The notes: generated by a model from the sequence alone, not told the origin. A stretch of DNA of 64,000 nucleotides from Occultella glacieicola (GCF_004353825.1 NZ_SMNA01000006.1:186001-250000); one strand, 5' to 3'. Numbered from the stretch's first letter, positions 37,725 through 47,779 are shown. Made by a program: numbers and translations.

Positions 37725-38687
37725 TCATCCGTCAGGTGCCAACTCCCGGCGCAAGAACGCGGCCAGCCGGTCCAGGGCCGGACCGGACGCGGCGCACCAA
37801 GTAGGGAACGAGAAGATGCCGTGCGGGCTATCGACGAGGCGAGCAAGCTCCACCCGGACGCCCGCCGCACGCAGCGTTTCGCCGTAACGGATGCCGTCCT
37901 CGTACAGGTAATCGTGGTCCGCGGTCAGCACGAACGCCGGCGGCAACCCGGAGTGGTCCGATGCCAGCAACGGCGAGATCAGGGGGTCGGCGGGATCGCC
38001 ATGCTCGCCGAGGTAGGCCCGGACCATATCCGGCGCATCCGTCGGGCGGCCGAACGGCTCGGTGGAGCGGGTGGTCATCAGCGGGGAACGCGGGCGCACG
38101 TCGAACGCGCCCTGCAGCAGACCCTGCGCCCGGATCGCCGGGCCGCCCGAGTCCCGCGCCATGAGAGTCACGACCGCAGCCAGGTTGGCACCGGCGCTCT
38201 CGCCGATGACCGCCAGACGCCCGGCGTCACCGCCGAACCGTTCCGCATTGGCGGCCAACCACGCCGTCACCGCGTAGCAGTCCTCGCCCGCCGCCGGCGC
38301 CGGGTGGGCGGGCGCCAGCCGGTAGCCCGGTGACACCACGACCGCACCGAGGCGCGCACAGAGCCTGGAGGAGAGCCAGTTCAGGAGGGTCTGGTGTGCG
38401 AACACGAAGCCCCCGCCCGGAAACACGACCACGAGCGGCTTCGTGACGTCGTGGCGTTCGTCGCCCGGCTGGAACATGCGGGCCGGGATGTCGCCCGCAG
38501 GCCCAGGCACCGCGATGTCGGCGATCCGCACCGTGGGGTCCGGCGGACCGTTGAGAAGGTCACCGATCCAGGACGGGCCATCATGCGCCTGGAGCAGCCG
38601 GCGCTTCGCGTCGGGCATCGTGGCGTACCGCCCCACCACCACGCGCAGCACGGCCCCCAGGATCCGGACTCGCCAGGACAATGCCAT
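37725..38687 (-). CDS. Alpha/beta hydrolase (HSL-family esterase/lipase)
   Basis: PGGGF, YRLAP, GESAGANL, TADHDYL, HGIF. Confidence 0.9.
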   Translation of the reverse strand: MALSWRVRILGAVLRVVVGRYATMPDAKRRLLQAHDGPSWIGDLLNGPPDPTVRIADIAVPGPAGDIPARMFQPGDERHDVTKPLVVVFPGGGFVFAHQTLLNWLSSRLCARLGAVVVSPGYRLAPAHPAPAAGEDCYAVTAWLAANAERFGGDAGRLAVIGESAGANLAAVVTLMARDSGGPAIRAQGLLQGAFDVRPRSPLMTTRSTEPFGRPTDAPDMVRAYLGEHGDPADPLISPLLASDHSGLPPAFVLTADHDYLYEDGIRYGETLRAAGVRVELARLVDSPHGIFSFPTWCAASGPALDRLAAFLRRELAPDG

Positions 38688-38806
38688 TGCCGGGTCGCCC
38701 CTTCTCCTTCGCCCCGCGCGCTCCGCAGCCTACTCCTCGCCAAGTCAGGGCTGGTGGCCCGCCGACCAGTGCCGGAGCGCTGCCCGGGCTCTCCCGCATC
38801 GCGCGT

Positions 38807-39133
38807 TCAGGCGGCCTGGTCGCCGTTGAGCCGTCGACGGGCGGCCTCGATCGCCTCCAGCGCCGCACAGAGACCTGCGCTCACCCCGCGCCCGAAGTCG
38901 CTGCTCCCGCCGACCTCGTCCCGCAGCCCTCGGAGCGCCGTGGACATCTCGCTCAGGGCCTCTGCTGCCCCGTCGGCGACTAGGTGCGCCTCATACTCGG
39001 CCTCCCACTCACGCCAGGGGAGGCGGTGTCCGCAGGAGCAGTACCGCTCGTGGATCTCGGTGCCGCCTGGCCCGTAGCTCGTCAGTGTTCCGGGCAGGTG
39101 CTCGCGCCGGCACGCCGGCCGCGCCTTGCTCAT
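38807..39133 (-). CDS. Small hypothetical protein with CxCxH motif
   Basis: ATG 39133 with strong GAGGAGG RBS; 108 aa; YCSCGH then an amphipathic helical tail. Confidence 0.5.
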   Translation of the reverse strand: MSKARPACRREHLPGTLTSYGPGGTEIHERYCSCGHRLPWREWEAEYEAHLVADGAAEALSEMSTALRGLRDEVGGSSDFGRGVSAGLCAALEAIEAARRRLNGDQAA

Positions 39134-39272
39134 CGAGACCACCCTCCTCACAAGCCTGTCCATCACGAGGAGGGTCGCGATGGGGTTCTGATGCGTTCGG
39201 ACCAACCTGCACGTCATGCGAACGCCGCCACGATCTCCGGGTGCCATGACGCTGCGGGCCAGTTCCCCTCGG

Positions 39273-39286
39273 GTCATGCGCAAAAG
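39273..39286. promoter_or_regulatory. LacI-type operator, auxiliary
   Basis: GTCATGCGCAAAAG; reverse complement CTTTTGCGCATGAC. Confidence 0.6.
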
Positions 39287-39361
39287 GGTCCTGCCCGCAC
39301 CGAGTGTCACACCGTCATGGAAACGGGAGCTGAGCGGCCCGCAGCGCGGCTCAAGGTTGCA

Positions 39362-39375
39362 GTTTTGCGCAAAAC
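39362..39375. promoter_or_regulatory. LacI-type operator, perfect palindrome, overlapping a TTGCAG -35-like hexamer
   Basis: GTTTTGCGCAAAAC upstream of the LacI gene. Confidence 0.8.
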
Positions 39376-39438
39376 CCGATCTGGTGGCGTCAGACCACCA
39401 CAGAACCGCACACCCGATCGAGCCAAGGGAGGCAGACG

Positions 39439-40551
39439 ATGGCGCAGCGTAGACCGGCCAACGGGCGCGTGACCCAGGCCGACGTCGCCCGGATCGCCGG
39501 GATCAGCCAGACGGTCGTCTCGATGGTCCTCAACGGCACCGGGATCGCCCAGCGCCGGGTCAGCGACGACACCCGCCGTCGGGTGCTCGACGCCATCGAG
39601 CGCACCGGCTACGTCGCCAACCCGATCGCGCAGCGCCTCGCCGGTGGCAAGAACGCACTGGTGGGCGTGTACACCTACGAGCCGGTCTTCCCGAGCAGTG
39701 CCGGCGACTTCTACCAGCCGTTCCTGGAGGGTGTGGAGCGCGCGGCCCAGACGCGTGGGGTGGACCTGGTCCTGTTCACCTCGATGTCCGCCCACCACGG
39801 CGGGCCGCTGGTCGACGGCGGGAGCCTGCACCGGCTTCGGGTGGCCGACGGGTGTGTGCTGCTCGGGCGTCACTCCCACGCCCAGGACCTGGTCGCGCTG
39901 GCGAGCCAGGACTTCCCATACGCGTTCGTCGGTCGGCGCGCGGCCCCCGGGGTCACGGTCCCGTTCGCCGGTGCCGACTACGACGGCGCGACCGCCGCCG
40001 TCACCGAGCGGCTCCTCGATCTCGGGCACCGGCGCGTCGCGATCATCTCCGAGGCCGGTCCGCACGAGTCGATCGAGGACCGGGTGCGCGGATACCGCCG
40101 GGCGATGCGTGCCGCCGGGCAGCTGCCCGTCACCTTCGAGGACCCGGACTTCACCTCCGGTGAGTTCTTCGAGACCCTCGCGGTCCACGAGATCACCGCG
40201 GTCCTCGCGATGTCCGACCTCGCCCGGCCGCTGCGGGATGCGGCGCTGGCGCGAGGGATGCGGGTGCCACAGGACCTGTCGATCGCCCGCCTCGGGGACC
40301 CGGAGCGGCGCGACGCCGGCGGGGTGGACTGGTCCGGCTTCACGATCCCCCGGGTCGAGATGGGCGCGCAGGCGTTGCAGATCGTGCTGCACCAACTCTC
40401 CCCGTCCGAGCCCACCGGGAGCCGCGACGACCCCGACCGGCCCGAGGCCACCCTCCAGGTCTTCATCCCGTGCGAGCTCGTCCCGGGCTCCACCATCGCT
40501 GCCACGACGACCACCACCTCGACGAACACCAAGGAGAACGCCACCTCATGA
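39439..40551 (+). CDS. LacI-family transcriptional regulator
   Basis: VTQADVARIAGISQTVVSMVLNG HTH, LGHRRVA, VPQDLSI. Confidence 0.95.
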   Translation: MAQRRPANGRVTQADVARIAGISQTVVSMVLNGTGIAQRRVSDDTRRRVLDAIERTGYVANPIAQRLAGGKNALVGVYTYEPVFPSSAGDFYQPFLEGVERAAQTRGVDLVLFTSMSAHHGGPLVDGGSLHRLRVADGCVLLGRHSHAQDLVALASQDFPYAFVGRRAAPGVTVPFAGADYDGATAAVTERLLDLGHRRVAIISEAGPHESIEDRVRGYRRAMRAAGQLPVTFEDPDFTSGEFFETLAVHEITAVLAMSDLARPLRDAALARGMRVPQDLSIARLGDPERRDAGGVDWSGFTIPRVEMGAQALQIVLHQLSPSEPTGSRDDPDRPEATLQVFIPCELVPGSTIAATTTTTSTNTKENATS

Positions 40552-42176
40552 GCGGCATCACGCACGACGAACACACCCAGGTCCTCGTGGTCGGGGGTGG
40601 GCTCGGCGGTGTCGCCGCCGCCCTCGCTGCGGCCCGTTCGGGCGCCACCGTGGTGCTCACCGAGGAGTTCGAGTGGATCGGCGGGCAGTCGACCTCCCAG
40701 GCCGTGCCGCTGGACGAACACCCGTGGATCGAGGACTTCGGCTGCACCCGCTCCTACCGCCGGTACCGCGACGGCATCCGCGACTACTACCGGCGCGCCT
40801 ACCCGCTCACCGACGAGGCGGCCGCCCGGCGCGACCTCAACCCGGGTGCCGGCTGGGTGAGCAAGCTCTGCCACGAGCCCCGCGTCGCCGTCGCCGTGCT
40901 GGAGGAGATGCTCGCGCCGTACCGGTCCAGCGAGCGGCTGCGCCTGTTCACCGGCTACCGCCCGGTCGCGGCGGACGCCGTCGACGGCGTGGTGTCCTCG
41001 GTCACCCTGGCCCCCGTCGACGGGGACCGGCACCTGCGCATCGGTGCCGACTACGTGATCGACGCCACCGAGCTGGGTGACCTGCTCCCGCTGGCGGGCA
41101 TCGACTACGTCACCGGATTCGAGTCCCGTGCCGAGACCGGCGAGCCGAGCGCTCCCGAGCAGGCCCAGCCGGAGAACATCCAGGCGCTGAGCATCTGCTT
41201 CGCCGTCGAACACGAGGCCGGAGCCGACCACACGATCCCGAAGCCGGAGCAGTACGAGAAGTGGCGTGCCGTGCAGCCGGACTTCTGGGGCGCGCCGCTG
41301 GTGAGCTGGACCGCGCCGCACCCGCGCACCCTCGAGATCACGTCCCGGCACTTCGAACCGAACCCCGGCGACGACGTGCTGGCCGTGGTGGCCGACCAGA
41401 GCGCGAACCCCGGGGACACGAACCTGTGGAGCTTCCGCCGGATCATCGCCACGGACATGTTCGCCAAGGGCACGTTCGACAGCGACGTCACCCTGGTCAA
41501 CTGGCCGTCCATCGACTACTTCGAGGCACCGGTCATCGACGTGCCCGAGGACGTCGCGGCAGCCCGGCTCGAGGACGCCCGGCAGCTCAGCCTCTCGATG
41601 TTGTACTGGATGCAGACCGAGGCACCCCGCCCGGACGGTGGTGCCGGCTGGCCGGGACTGCGGTTGCGCCCGGACATCATGGGCACCGAGGACGGCCTCG
41701 CGATGGCGCCCTACCACCGGGAGAGCCGCCGCATCCGGGCCGTGGAGACGATCCGGGAACAGGACGTCTCCCCCGCCGCCCGCGGCACCGACACCGCCCG
41801 CAGTTACCCCGACAGCGTCGGCGTGGGCATGTACCGGATCGACCTGCATCCCTCCACCGGCGGCGACAACTACATCGACGTCCCGGCGGCGCCGTTCCAG
41901 ATCCCCCTCGGCTCGATCATCCCCGCCGGCGGCGGCAACCTGCTCGCCGGCGCGAAGAACCTCGGCACCACCCACATCACGAACGGCTGCTACCGGCTGC
42001 ACCCCGTGGAGTGGAACATCGGCGAGGCCGCCGGGATGCTCGCCGCGCACTGCCTGAACACCGGCCTCACCCCCACGGGCGTGCACGGCGATACCTCCGC
42101 CGTCGGAACCTTCCAGCAGGTCCTCGAGGCGGACGGCTTCGAACTGAGCTGGCCTGACGGCGTCTACGCCTACTGA
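40548..42176 (+). CDS. FAD-dependent oxidoreductase (FAD_oxidored-like family)
   Basis: VVGGGLGGVAAA, IGGQSTSQAV, IDATELGDL, PYHRESRRI, PFQIPLGSI, YRLHPVEWNIGEAAG. Confidence 0.88.
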   Translation: MSGITHDEHTQVLVVGGGLGGVAAALAAARSGATVVLTEEFEWIGGQSTSQAVPLDEHPWIEDFGCTRSYRRYRDGIRDYYRRAYPLTDEAAARRDLNPGAGWVSKLCHEPRVAVAVLEEMLAPYRSSERLRLFTGYRPVAADAVDGVVSSVTLAPVDGDRHLRIGADYVIDATELGDLLPLAGIDYVTGFESRAETGEPSAPEQAQPENIQALSICFAVEHEAGADHTIPKPEQYEKWRAVQPDFWGAPLVSWTAPHPRTLEITSRHFEPNPGDDVLAVVADQSANPGDTNLWSFRRIIATDMFAKGTFDSDVTLVNWPSIDYFEAPVIDVPEDVAAARLEDARQLSLSMLYWMQTEAPRPDGGAGWPGLRLRPDIMGTEDGLAMAPYHRESRRIRAVETIREQDVSPAARGTDTARSYPDSVGVGMYRIDLHPSTGGDNYIDVPAAPFQIPLGSIIPAGGGNLLAGAKNLGTTHITNGCYRLHPVEWNIGEAAGMLAAHCLNTGLTPTGVHGDTSAVGTFQQVLEADGFELSWPDGVYAY

Positions 42177-42240
42177 GCCTCACCGCGACATCCACAGCAG
42201 AACCTGACAACGAAGTCCCCCACGAGAAGGAGTCAGTCCC

Positions 42241-43542
42241 ATGAATCCGCAGATCCGCCGTCGTCATTTCCTGTCCATGGTGGGCGTCGGTGCCCTCGGC
42301 ACCACGGCGCTCGCCGCCTGCTCCGACGACGGCGGCGCAGGCGAGGAGGCCCCCGAGGGCCCCGTCGAACTGCGCATGACCGTCTGGACCGCGTCCGAGG
42401 ACCACCTCGGGCTGTTCCAGGAGATCGCCGACGCCTACGTCGCCGACCATCCGGACGAGGTCTCGGCCGTTACGTTCGAGACCATCCCCTTCGACGGCTA
42501 CACCACCAGCCTGACCACCCAGCTCGCCGGCGGGAACCCACCCGACCTCGCGTGGATCTTCGAGTCGAACGCCCCCGAGTTCGTGCAGTCCGGTGCGCTC
42601 GTGGACGTGCGCGAGACGCTCTCGTCCACGGAGGGCTACGACTTCGAGGACGTCGGCGAGACCGCCCTCGAGCTCTGGCAGGACGGCGACGCGCTGTACG
42701 CCTACCCGTTCTCCAACTCGCCGTTCGTGATGTTCGTCAACACCGACCGGATCGCCGGATCCGGTCAGCCGAACCCGGCCGACCTCGTGGCCTCCGACGG
42801 CTGGACCTACGACGCGGCGCGCGACATCTCCGCGGCCTCCGCCGCCGCCCTCGGCGGCGCGGGACTCGTGGTCCGCGACTTCGACTACATGAACTGGACC
42901 AACCTCGCCACGGTCTGGGGCGGCTGGGACGCCGAGCCCTGGAGCGCGGACGGCGCCACCTCCGAGTTCGACTCCCCCGAGATGGTCGACGCCCTGGAGT
43001 GGTTCCACGACGCGATCTTCACCCAGAACGCGATCCCCGGACCCGGCACCAGCGCGGACTTCTTCGCCGGCGACACCACGATGACGATCACGCAGATCTC
43101 CCGGGCGTCCTCGCTGGACGGCTCGTTCGCCTGGGACATCGTGCCGCTGCCGGCCGGTCCGACCCAGCAGCAGAACATCGTCGGCCAGGCCGGCGTGGGC
43201 GTGCTGGCCGCGGGCAAGAACCCCCAGGCGGCGGCGAACTTCCTCGCGTACTTCACGAACCCGGAGAACTCCGCGTCGCTGTCCCTGTACTTCCCGCCGC
43301 CGCGGGAGTCGCTCCTGAACCCGGAGACGCTCGCGGCCGGCAACCCCGTGTTCTCCGAGCCGCAGCTCGGGATCGTCATCGACTCGATCAGTGGCGCCAC
43401 GACGAAGCCCTCGCACGCGAACTTCGCCCAGGTCGACACCACCGCCCGCGGCGCACTGGACGCCATGTGGACCCCGGACGCCGACGTCGCCGCCGTGGCG
43501 GCCGACGTCAGCGAAGCGATCCAGCCTCTCCTCGAGGCCTGA
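42241..43542 (+). CDS. Carbohydrate ABC transporter substrate-binding lipoprotein (Tat-type signal)
   Basis: RRRHFL twin-Arg, LAAC lipobox, GNPPDL, WDIVPLPAGP. Confidence 0.92.
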   Translation: MNPQIRRRHFLSMVGVGALGTTALAACSDDGGAGEEAPEGPVELRMTVWTASEDHLGLFQEIADAYVADHPDEVSAVTFETIPFDGYTTSLTTQLAGGNPPDLAWIFESNAPEFVQSGALVDVRETLSSTEGYDFEDVGETALELWQDGDALYAYPFSNSPFVMFVNTDRIAGSGQPNPADLVASDGWTYDAARDISAASAAALGGAGLVVRDFDYMNWTNLATVWGGWDAEPWSADGATSEFDSPEMVDALEWFHDAIFTQNAIPGPGTSADFFAGDTTMTITQISRASSLDGSFAWDIVPLPAGPTQQQNIVGQAGVGVLAAGKNPQAAANFLAYFTNPENSASLSLYFPPPRESLLNPETLAAGNPVFSEPQLGIVIDSISGATTKPSHANFAQVDTTARGALDAMWTPDADVAAVAADVSEAIQPLLEA

Positions 43543-43580
43543 GCGGACCGGGCACAGGCACAGCACTGCACAGGAGCGAG

Positions 43581-44504
43581 ATGACCTCGATCACCACTGC
43601 TCAGCCGGACCGGCCCCAGCGCCGGTCCGCCTGGCGGCGGCGCGACGCCGCCACCGGATACGCCTTCGTGGCGCCGGCCGTCATCGGCGCGATCGCCTTC
43701 GTGATCGTGCCGCTCGGGGCCGTCATCTGGTATTCGCTGCACGAGTGGAACGTGCTGGCGAACACGTTCACGTTCGTCGGCGCGGAGAACTACCAGCACA
43801 TGCTGGACGACGCCGCCCTGCACGACTCCCTGATCGCGAGCCTGTGGTTCTCGATCGGGGTCGTCGCGGTGAACATCTCGCTCGCGCTGTTCCTCGCGGT
43901 GCTGCTGAACCAACGGCTGCCCGGCACCACGCTGTTCCGGGTCCTGTTCTTCACCCCGGTGGTGGTCTCGCTCGTCGCGTGGACGATCGTCTGGGGGTTC
44001 CTGCTGCAGGCGGACAACGGCATCAACGGATTCCTCGCCGAGTTCGGCGTCACCGGCCCGAACTGGCTGCGCAACAACGTGACCGCGATGATCGCGGTGG
44101 TCGTGGTGCAGGTCTTCAAGAACGTCGGCCTGAACATGGTGTTGTTCCTGTCCGCGCTGCAGTCCGTGCCCGAGGAGATCCAGGAGGCCGCCCGCCTGGA
44201 CGGTGCCGGTGCCTGGCGCCGGTTCTTTGCGATCACCCTGCCGATGATCAGCCCGACCATGCTCCTGGTCGCGATCCTCACGGTCGTCGGGTCCCTGGAG
44301 ACGTTCGCCCTGATCGACGTCCTCACCGACGGCGGCCCGGGCACCTCGACGACGGTGCTCGTGTTCTACCTGTACCGGCAGGCCTTCGAGTTCAACCAGT
44401 TCGGGTACGCCAGCGCCATCTCGGTGCTGCTGTTCGTGATCGTGCTGGCCCTGACCCTGCTCCAGTGGCAGACCCGGAAGCGGTGGGTGTTCCATGAGTC
44501 CTGA
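43581..44504 (+). CDS. Carbohydrate ABC transporter permease (MalF-like)
   Basis: ATG 43581 with AGGAG RBS; EAARLDGAG loop, FFAITLPMISP. Confidence 0.93.
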   Translation: MTSITTAQPDRPQRRSAWRRRDAATGYAFVAPAVIGAIAFVIVPLGAVIWYSLHEWNVLANTFTFVGAENYQHMLDDAALHDSLIASLWFSIGVVAVNISLALFLAVLLNQRLPGTTLFRVLFFTPVVVSLVAWTIVWGFLLQADNGINGFLAEFGVTGPNWLRNNVTAMIAVVVVQVFKNVGLNMVLFLSALQSVPEEIQEAARLDGAGAWRRFFAITLPMISPTMLLVAILTVVGSLETFALIDVLTDGGPGTSTTVLVFYLYRQAFEFNQFGYASAISVLLFVIVLALTLLQWQTRKRWVFHES

Positions 44505-45438
44505 TCAGCTCACGCACAGGCGCACGACGGCGGAGGGCGCCCCGGGCTCGTCGGTCGCCGATGGTCGCGGTACGCCGGCCGCGCGACGCCCCCGGCGCAG
44601 GTTCGGCAGTGAACACCTGGGCCGTGCCGCCCTGGTGTTCCTGATGATCATCGTCGCGGTCCCGTTCGTGTTCCCGATCTGGTGGATGATCACCTCGAGC
44701 ATGAAGACCACGAGCGAGATCCTGCGGCTGCCGCCCAGCCTCTGGCCGGAGTCCCCGTCGTTCGACTCCTACCGCCAGGTCTTCGAACTGCAGCCGTTCG
44801 CGCAGCAGTACCTCAACAGCCTCTACATCGCGGTCCTGGTCACCGTCGGCACGATGGCCGTGGCGGCCCTGGCCGGCTACGCGTTCGCGCGGATCCGGTT
44901 CCGCGGTTCGAACGCGCTGTTCGTGCTCGTCCTGGTGGGCCTGCTGGTGCCCTCCGAGGTCACGATCGTCCCGCTGTTCCGGATGGTGAACTCGGCCGGG
45001 CTGATCGACACCCACTGGCCGCTGATCGTGATCCCGATCCTCGGCGCGCCCAGCGTGCTGGCCACGTTCATCATGCGTCAGTTCTTCGTCACGCTCCCGG
45101 GTGAGCTCGAGGAGGCGGGCCGCATGGACGGTCTGAGCCGGTTCGGGATCTTCGCCAGGATCGCGCTGCCGCTGTCCCGCTCGGCCCTCGCCGCCGTGGC
45201 CATCTTCACGTTCCTGAAATCCTGGAACCTGTACCTCGAACCGCTGGTGTACCTGTCCTCGAAGTCCAACTTCACCCTCCCGCAGGCCCTCACCCAGTAC
45301 GTCGACGCCTACGGCGGTCCGATCTGGAACGTCCAGCTCGCGGCGACCACCCTCACGGTGATCCCGGTGCTGATCGTGTTCATCGCGGCCCAGCGGCAGT
45401 TCATCCAGGGGCTGGCGAACTCCGGCCTGAAGGGCTGA
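44494..45438 (+). CDS. Carbohydrate ABC transporter permease (MalG-like)
   Basis: AGYAFAR, ELEEAGRMDG, AQRQFIQG. Confidence 0.93.
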   Translation: MSPDQLTHRRTTAEGAPGSSVADGRGTPAARRPRRRFGSEHLGRAALVFLMIIVAVPFVFPIWWMITSSMKTTSEILRLPPSLWPESPSFDSYRQVFELQPFAQQYLNSLYIAVLVTVGTMAVAALAGYAFARIRFRGSNALFVLVLVGLLVPSEVTIVPLFRMVNSAGLIDTHWPLIVIPILGAPSVLATFIMRQFFVTLPGELEEAGRMDGLSRFGIFARIALPLSRSALAAVAIFTFLKSWNLYLEPLVYLSSKSNFTLPQALTQYVDAYGGPIWNVQLAATTLTVIPVLIVFIAAQRQFIQGLANSGLKG

Positions 45439-45468
45439 GGCTGAGAGTTCCGACCCGTCGGTCCAGAC

Positions 45469-45495
45469 CCAACCGGATCGGCTGCGGCTCCGAAT
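45469..45495 (+). promoter_or_regulatory. SigK-like ECF sigma promoter, probably giving a leaderless transcript
   Basis: CCAACC-N15-CCGAAT versus mycobacterial SigK consensus CCATCC-N15-CCGAAT; 7 nt between the -10 and the ATG. Confidence 0.6.
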
Positions 45496-45502
45496 CGTCG
45501 GT

Positions 45503-46255
45503 ATGGGACCGCCACTGCCGACGCAACGAGGCACCACGGAGGCCGGCGCCGTCGGGGCACGGCGCCGCAGCCGCCCGTCGACGCTCGGACGACGGGCCGC
45601 GACGGGCGTCGTGGTCGCCGTGGTCGGCGTGGCCCTGGTCGTGCTTCCGGGTCTGGGGGGCGACGACCCGCAGTCCGGGCCGGGCGATCCCACGGTTTCC
45701 GTGCCGGACGCGGGCCAGGGCTCGGAGGACCGACGCCCGACCCTGGAGACCGTGCAGGGTCTGGCCGCCGAACTGAGCGACACCACCGGCGACCAGCCTG
45801 TCGACCCGGACCGCGTGGCGGCCGTGGTGACCAGCCCGGGTCCGTTCGTGGCCCTCGGTCGGTTGCAGATCCCCGCCATCGGGCTCGACGTCGAGGTCGG
45901 CAACGGGGTCGACCCGAACACCCTGACCCTCGGTCCGGGCCACTGGCCGGGCACACCATTGCCGGGCCGGCCCGGCAACGCGGTCCTGTCCGGTCATCGC
46001 ACCACCCACACCGCTCCGTTCCGCGACCTCGACGAGATGGTCGAGGGTGACCGGATCACGGTGTCGACCCCGACGGGCACGGCGACCACGTTCGTGGTCA
46101 CCGAGGTGCTCCTGGTCGGTGTCGCCGAGTACACGAACGAGGTCCTCGCCCAGCCCGAGGACCCGTCGGCACGTGAGCTGACGCTGTTCGCGTGCCACCC
46201 GGAGGGCCGCCTCACCCACCGGATCGTCGTGCACGCGCAGGTACCGCCGGCCTGA
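45503..46255 (+). CDS. Sortase (class E-like)
   Basis: N-terminal TM, LQIPAIG, GPGHWPGT, LSGHRTTH (His), TLFACHP (Cys), RIVVHA (Arg). Confidence 0.9.
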   Translation: MGPPLPTQRGTTEAGAVGARRRSRPSTLGRRAATGVVVAVVGVALVVLPGLGGDDPQSGPGDPTVSVPDAGQGSEDRRPTLETVQGLAAELSDTTGDQPVDPDRVAAVVTSPGPFVALGRLQIPAIGLDVEVGNGVDPNTLTLGPGHWPGTPLPGRPGNAVLSGHRTTHTAPFRDLDEMVEGDRITVSTPTGTATTFVVTEVLLVGVAEYTNEVLAQPEDPSARELTLFACHPEGRLTHRIVVHAQVPPA

Positions 46256-46390
46256 TCCCCGCCCACCGGGTGGATCCATACGAAAGGAGCGACACCTCGA
46301 TCGGAACCAGGATCGCCGCGAGCCCCCGGCCTTCATCGGCGGTGCGACGCGGACATGAGCAGATCACCAACGAAAGCAGGTGTGACTTCC

Positions 46391-47080
46391 ATGCACGAGA
46401 CCAACGAGCCCCTCGGGGCCGACTCCGGGCGGGCCGCGCGAGTGCGCCGTTCCAGCCAGATGTTCGGCGGCAAGCCGGTGCTGCAGTTCCGGACCGAGAC
46501 ATCACGCCGGGGATTCATCGCCGGTGCCGCGCTGGTCGGGGTCGGGGCGACCTTCGTCGCCTTCAACCGCAACGACCCACGCGCCTTCGCCGACGCCGGT
46601 GGCGACATCGACATCCTCAACTACGCGCTCACCCTGGAGTACCTCGAGGCGGAGTTCTACACGCAGGGAATCTCCGGCAACGTCCTCACCGACGAACGTG
46701 AACTCGAGCTCGTCAGCCCGATCCGGGACCACGAGCAGGCACACGTCGACGGCATCAGCCAGTTGATCACCGACCTCGGCGGCACGCCGGTGGAGTCACC
46801 GACGTTCATGTTCCCCGAGGGCACGTTCACCGACCGGGACGTGTTCCTCGAGACGGCGTCGATGTTCGAGGAGTTGGGCGTGCAGGCCTACCACGGTCAG
46901 GTCGCCCTGATCAGCGACGTGCAGATCCTGGGCACCGCGGCAGCCATCGCGGGAGTCGAGTCCCGGCACGCGGCGGTTGTCGCCGACCTCATCGGCGGTG
47001 CCCCGTTCCCCGCACCGTTCGAGGCGAACCTTCCCGTGGAGGACGTCCTCGCGGCGGCCGGCCAGTTCATCGAGAGCTAG
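46391..47080 (+). CDS. Ferritin-like domain protein (Ferritin_2 type) with Tat-like signal
   Basis: SRRGFIAG; ILNYALTLEYLEAEFY, HEQAH, FEELGVQAY, VESRH. Confidence 0.85.
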   Translation: MHETNEPLGADSGRAARVRRSSQMFGGKPVLQFRTETSRRGFIAGAALVGVGATFVAFNRNDPRAFADAGGDIDILNYALTLEYLEAEFYTQGISGNVLTDERELELVSPIRDHEQAHVDGISQLITDLGGTPVESPTFMFPEGTFTDRDVFLETASMFEELGVQAYHGQVALISDVQILGTAAAIAGVESRHAAVVADLIGGAPFPAPFEANLPVEDVLAAAGQFIES

Positions 47081-47089
47081 GAGAACACC

Positions 47090-47701
47090 GTGTACACACG
47101 CAAGAACCTGATCCGTGACGCCGGGCTGGTGATCCCCGGCGCGATCGCCCTGACGATGCTCGGTTCGAAGTTCGCGTTCGCCGACGACGGCGACTTCGAG
47201 AGTCCGCTCGACGTGCTCAACTATGCCCTCACACTCGAGTACCTCGAGGCCGAGTTCTACCGGCAGGGCAACGACGCGGGACTGCTCACCGGGAAGGCCG
47301 CGGAGTACTTCGCCACGATCCAGACCGACGAGGAGACGCACGTGATGACGCTCCAGGACACCATCGCGTCGCTCGGCGGCGCGGCCGTGCCGGCTCCGAT
47401 GGTGGACTTCGGGGAGTCCTTCGCCAGCGAGGAGAGCTATCTCGAGACGGCCTACACCTTCGAGAACCTCGGCGTGCAGGCCTACCTCGGCGCGGCCCCG
47501 TCGCTGTTCCAGGAGAAGGAGCTGCTGACGGCGGCGGCGAGCATCTTCGGGGTCGAGGCACGCCACGCCGCGATCATCGGCGTGCTGCAGAACAAGCCCG
47601 CCGAGGGCGGCGTCTACCAGGGCGCTCTGGAGACCGCACTGGCGCGCGCCGACGTCCTCGAGGCGGCGTCTCCGTTCATCGTCAGCGCGGAGACGCTCTG
47701 A
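47090..47701 (+). CDS. Ferritin-like domain protein, paralogue of the upstream gene
   Basis: TRKNL...AFA signal-like N-terminus; VLNYALTLEYLEAEFY, DEETH, FENLGVQAY, VEARH. Confidence 0.85.
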   Translation: MYTRKNLIRDAGLVIPGAIALTMLGSKFAFADDGDFESPLDVLNYALTLEYLEAEFYRQGNDAGLLTGKAAEYFATIQTDEETHVMTLQDTIASLGGAAVPAPMVDFGESFASEESYLETAYTFENLGVQAYLGAAPSLFQEKELLTAAASIFGVEARHAAIIGVLQNKPAEGGVYQGALETALARADVLEAASPFIVSAETL

Positions 47702-47720
47702 CGGCGAACGGTTCACGGCA

Positions 47721-47757
47721 CGGCGCCGGCGCGATCTCGGGGGTCGCGCCGGCGCCG
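47721..47757 (+). terminator. GC-rich hairpin after the ferritin-like pair
   Basis: 14-bp perfect stem cggcgccggcgcga / tcgcgccggcgccg. Confidence 0.7.
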
Positions 47758-47779
47758 CCGTCGGAAGGCACACCTTGCA

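Noticed and set aside
37510..37725. Possible gene remnant (VIPPNYSVDFGSRELPGELTVVNSVPSPELIFAEG)
   Set aside because: No RBS or recognisable family; cannot be supported without a search
46259..46285. Possible second SigK-like promoter before the ferritin-like genes (CCGCCC-N15-ACGAAA)
   Set aside because: Too many mismatches in GC-rich DNA
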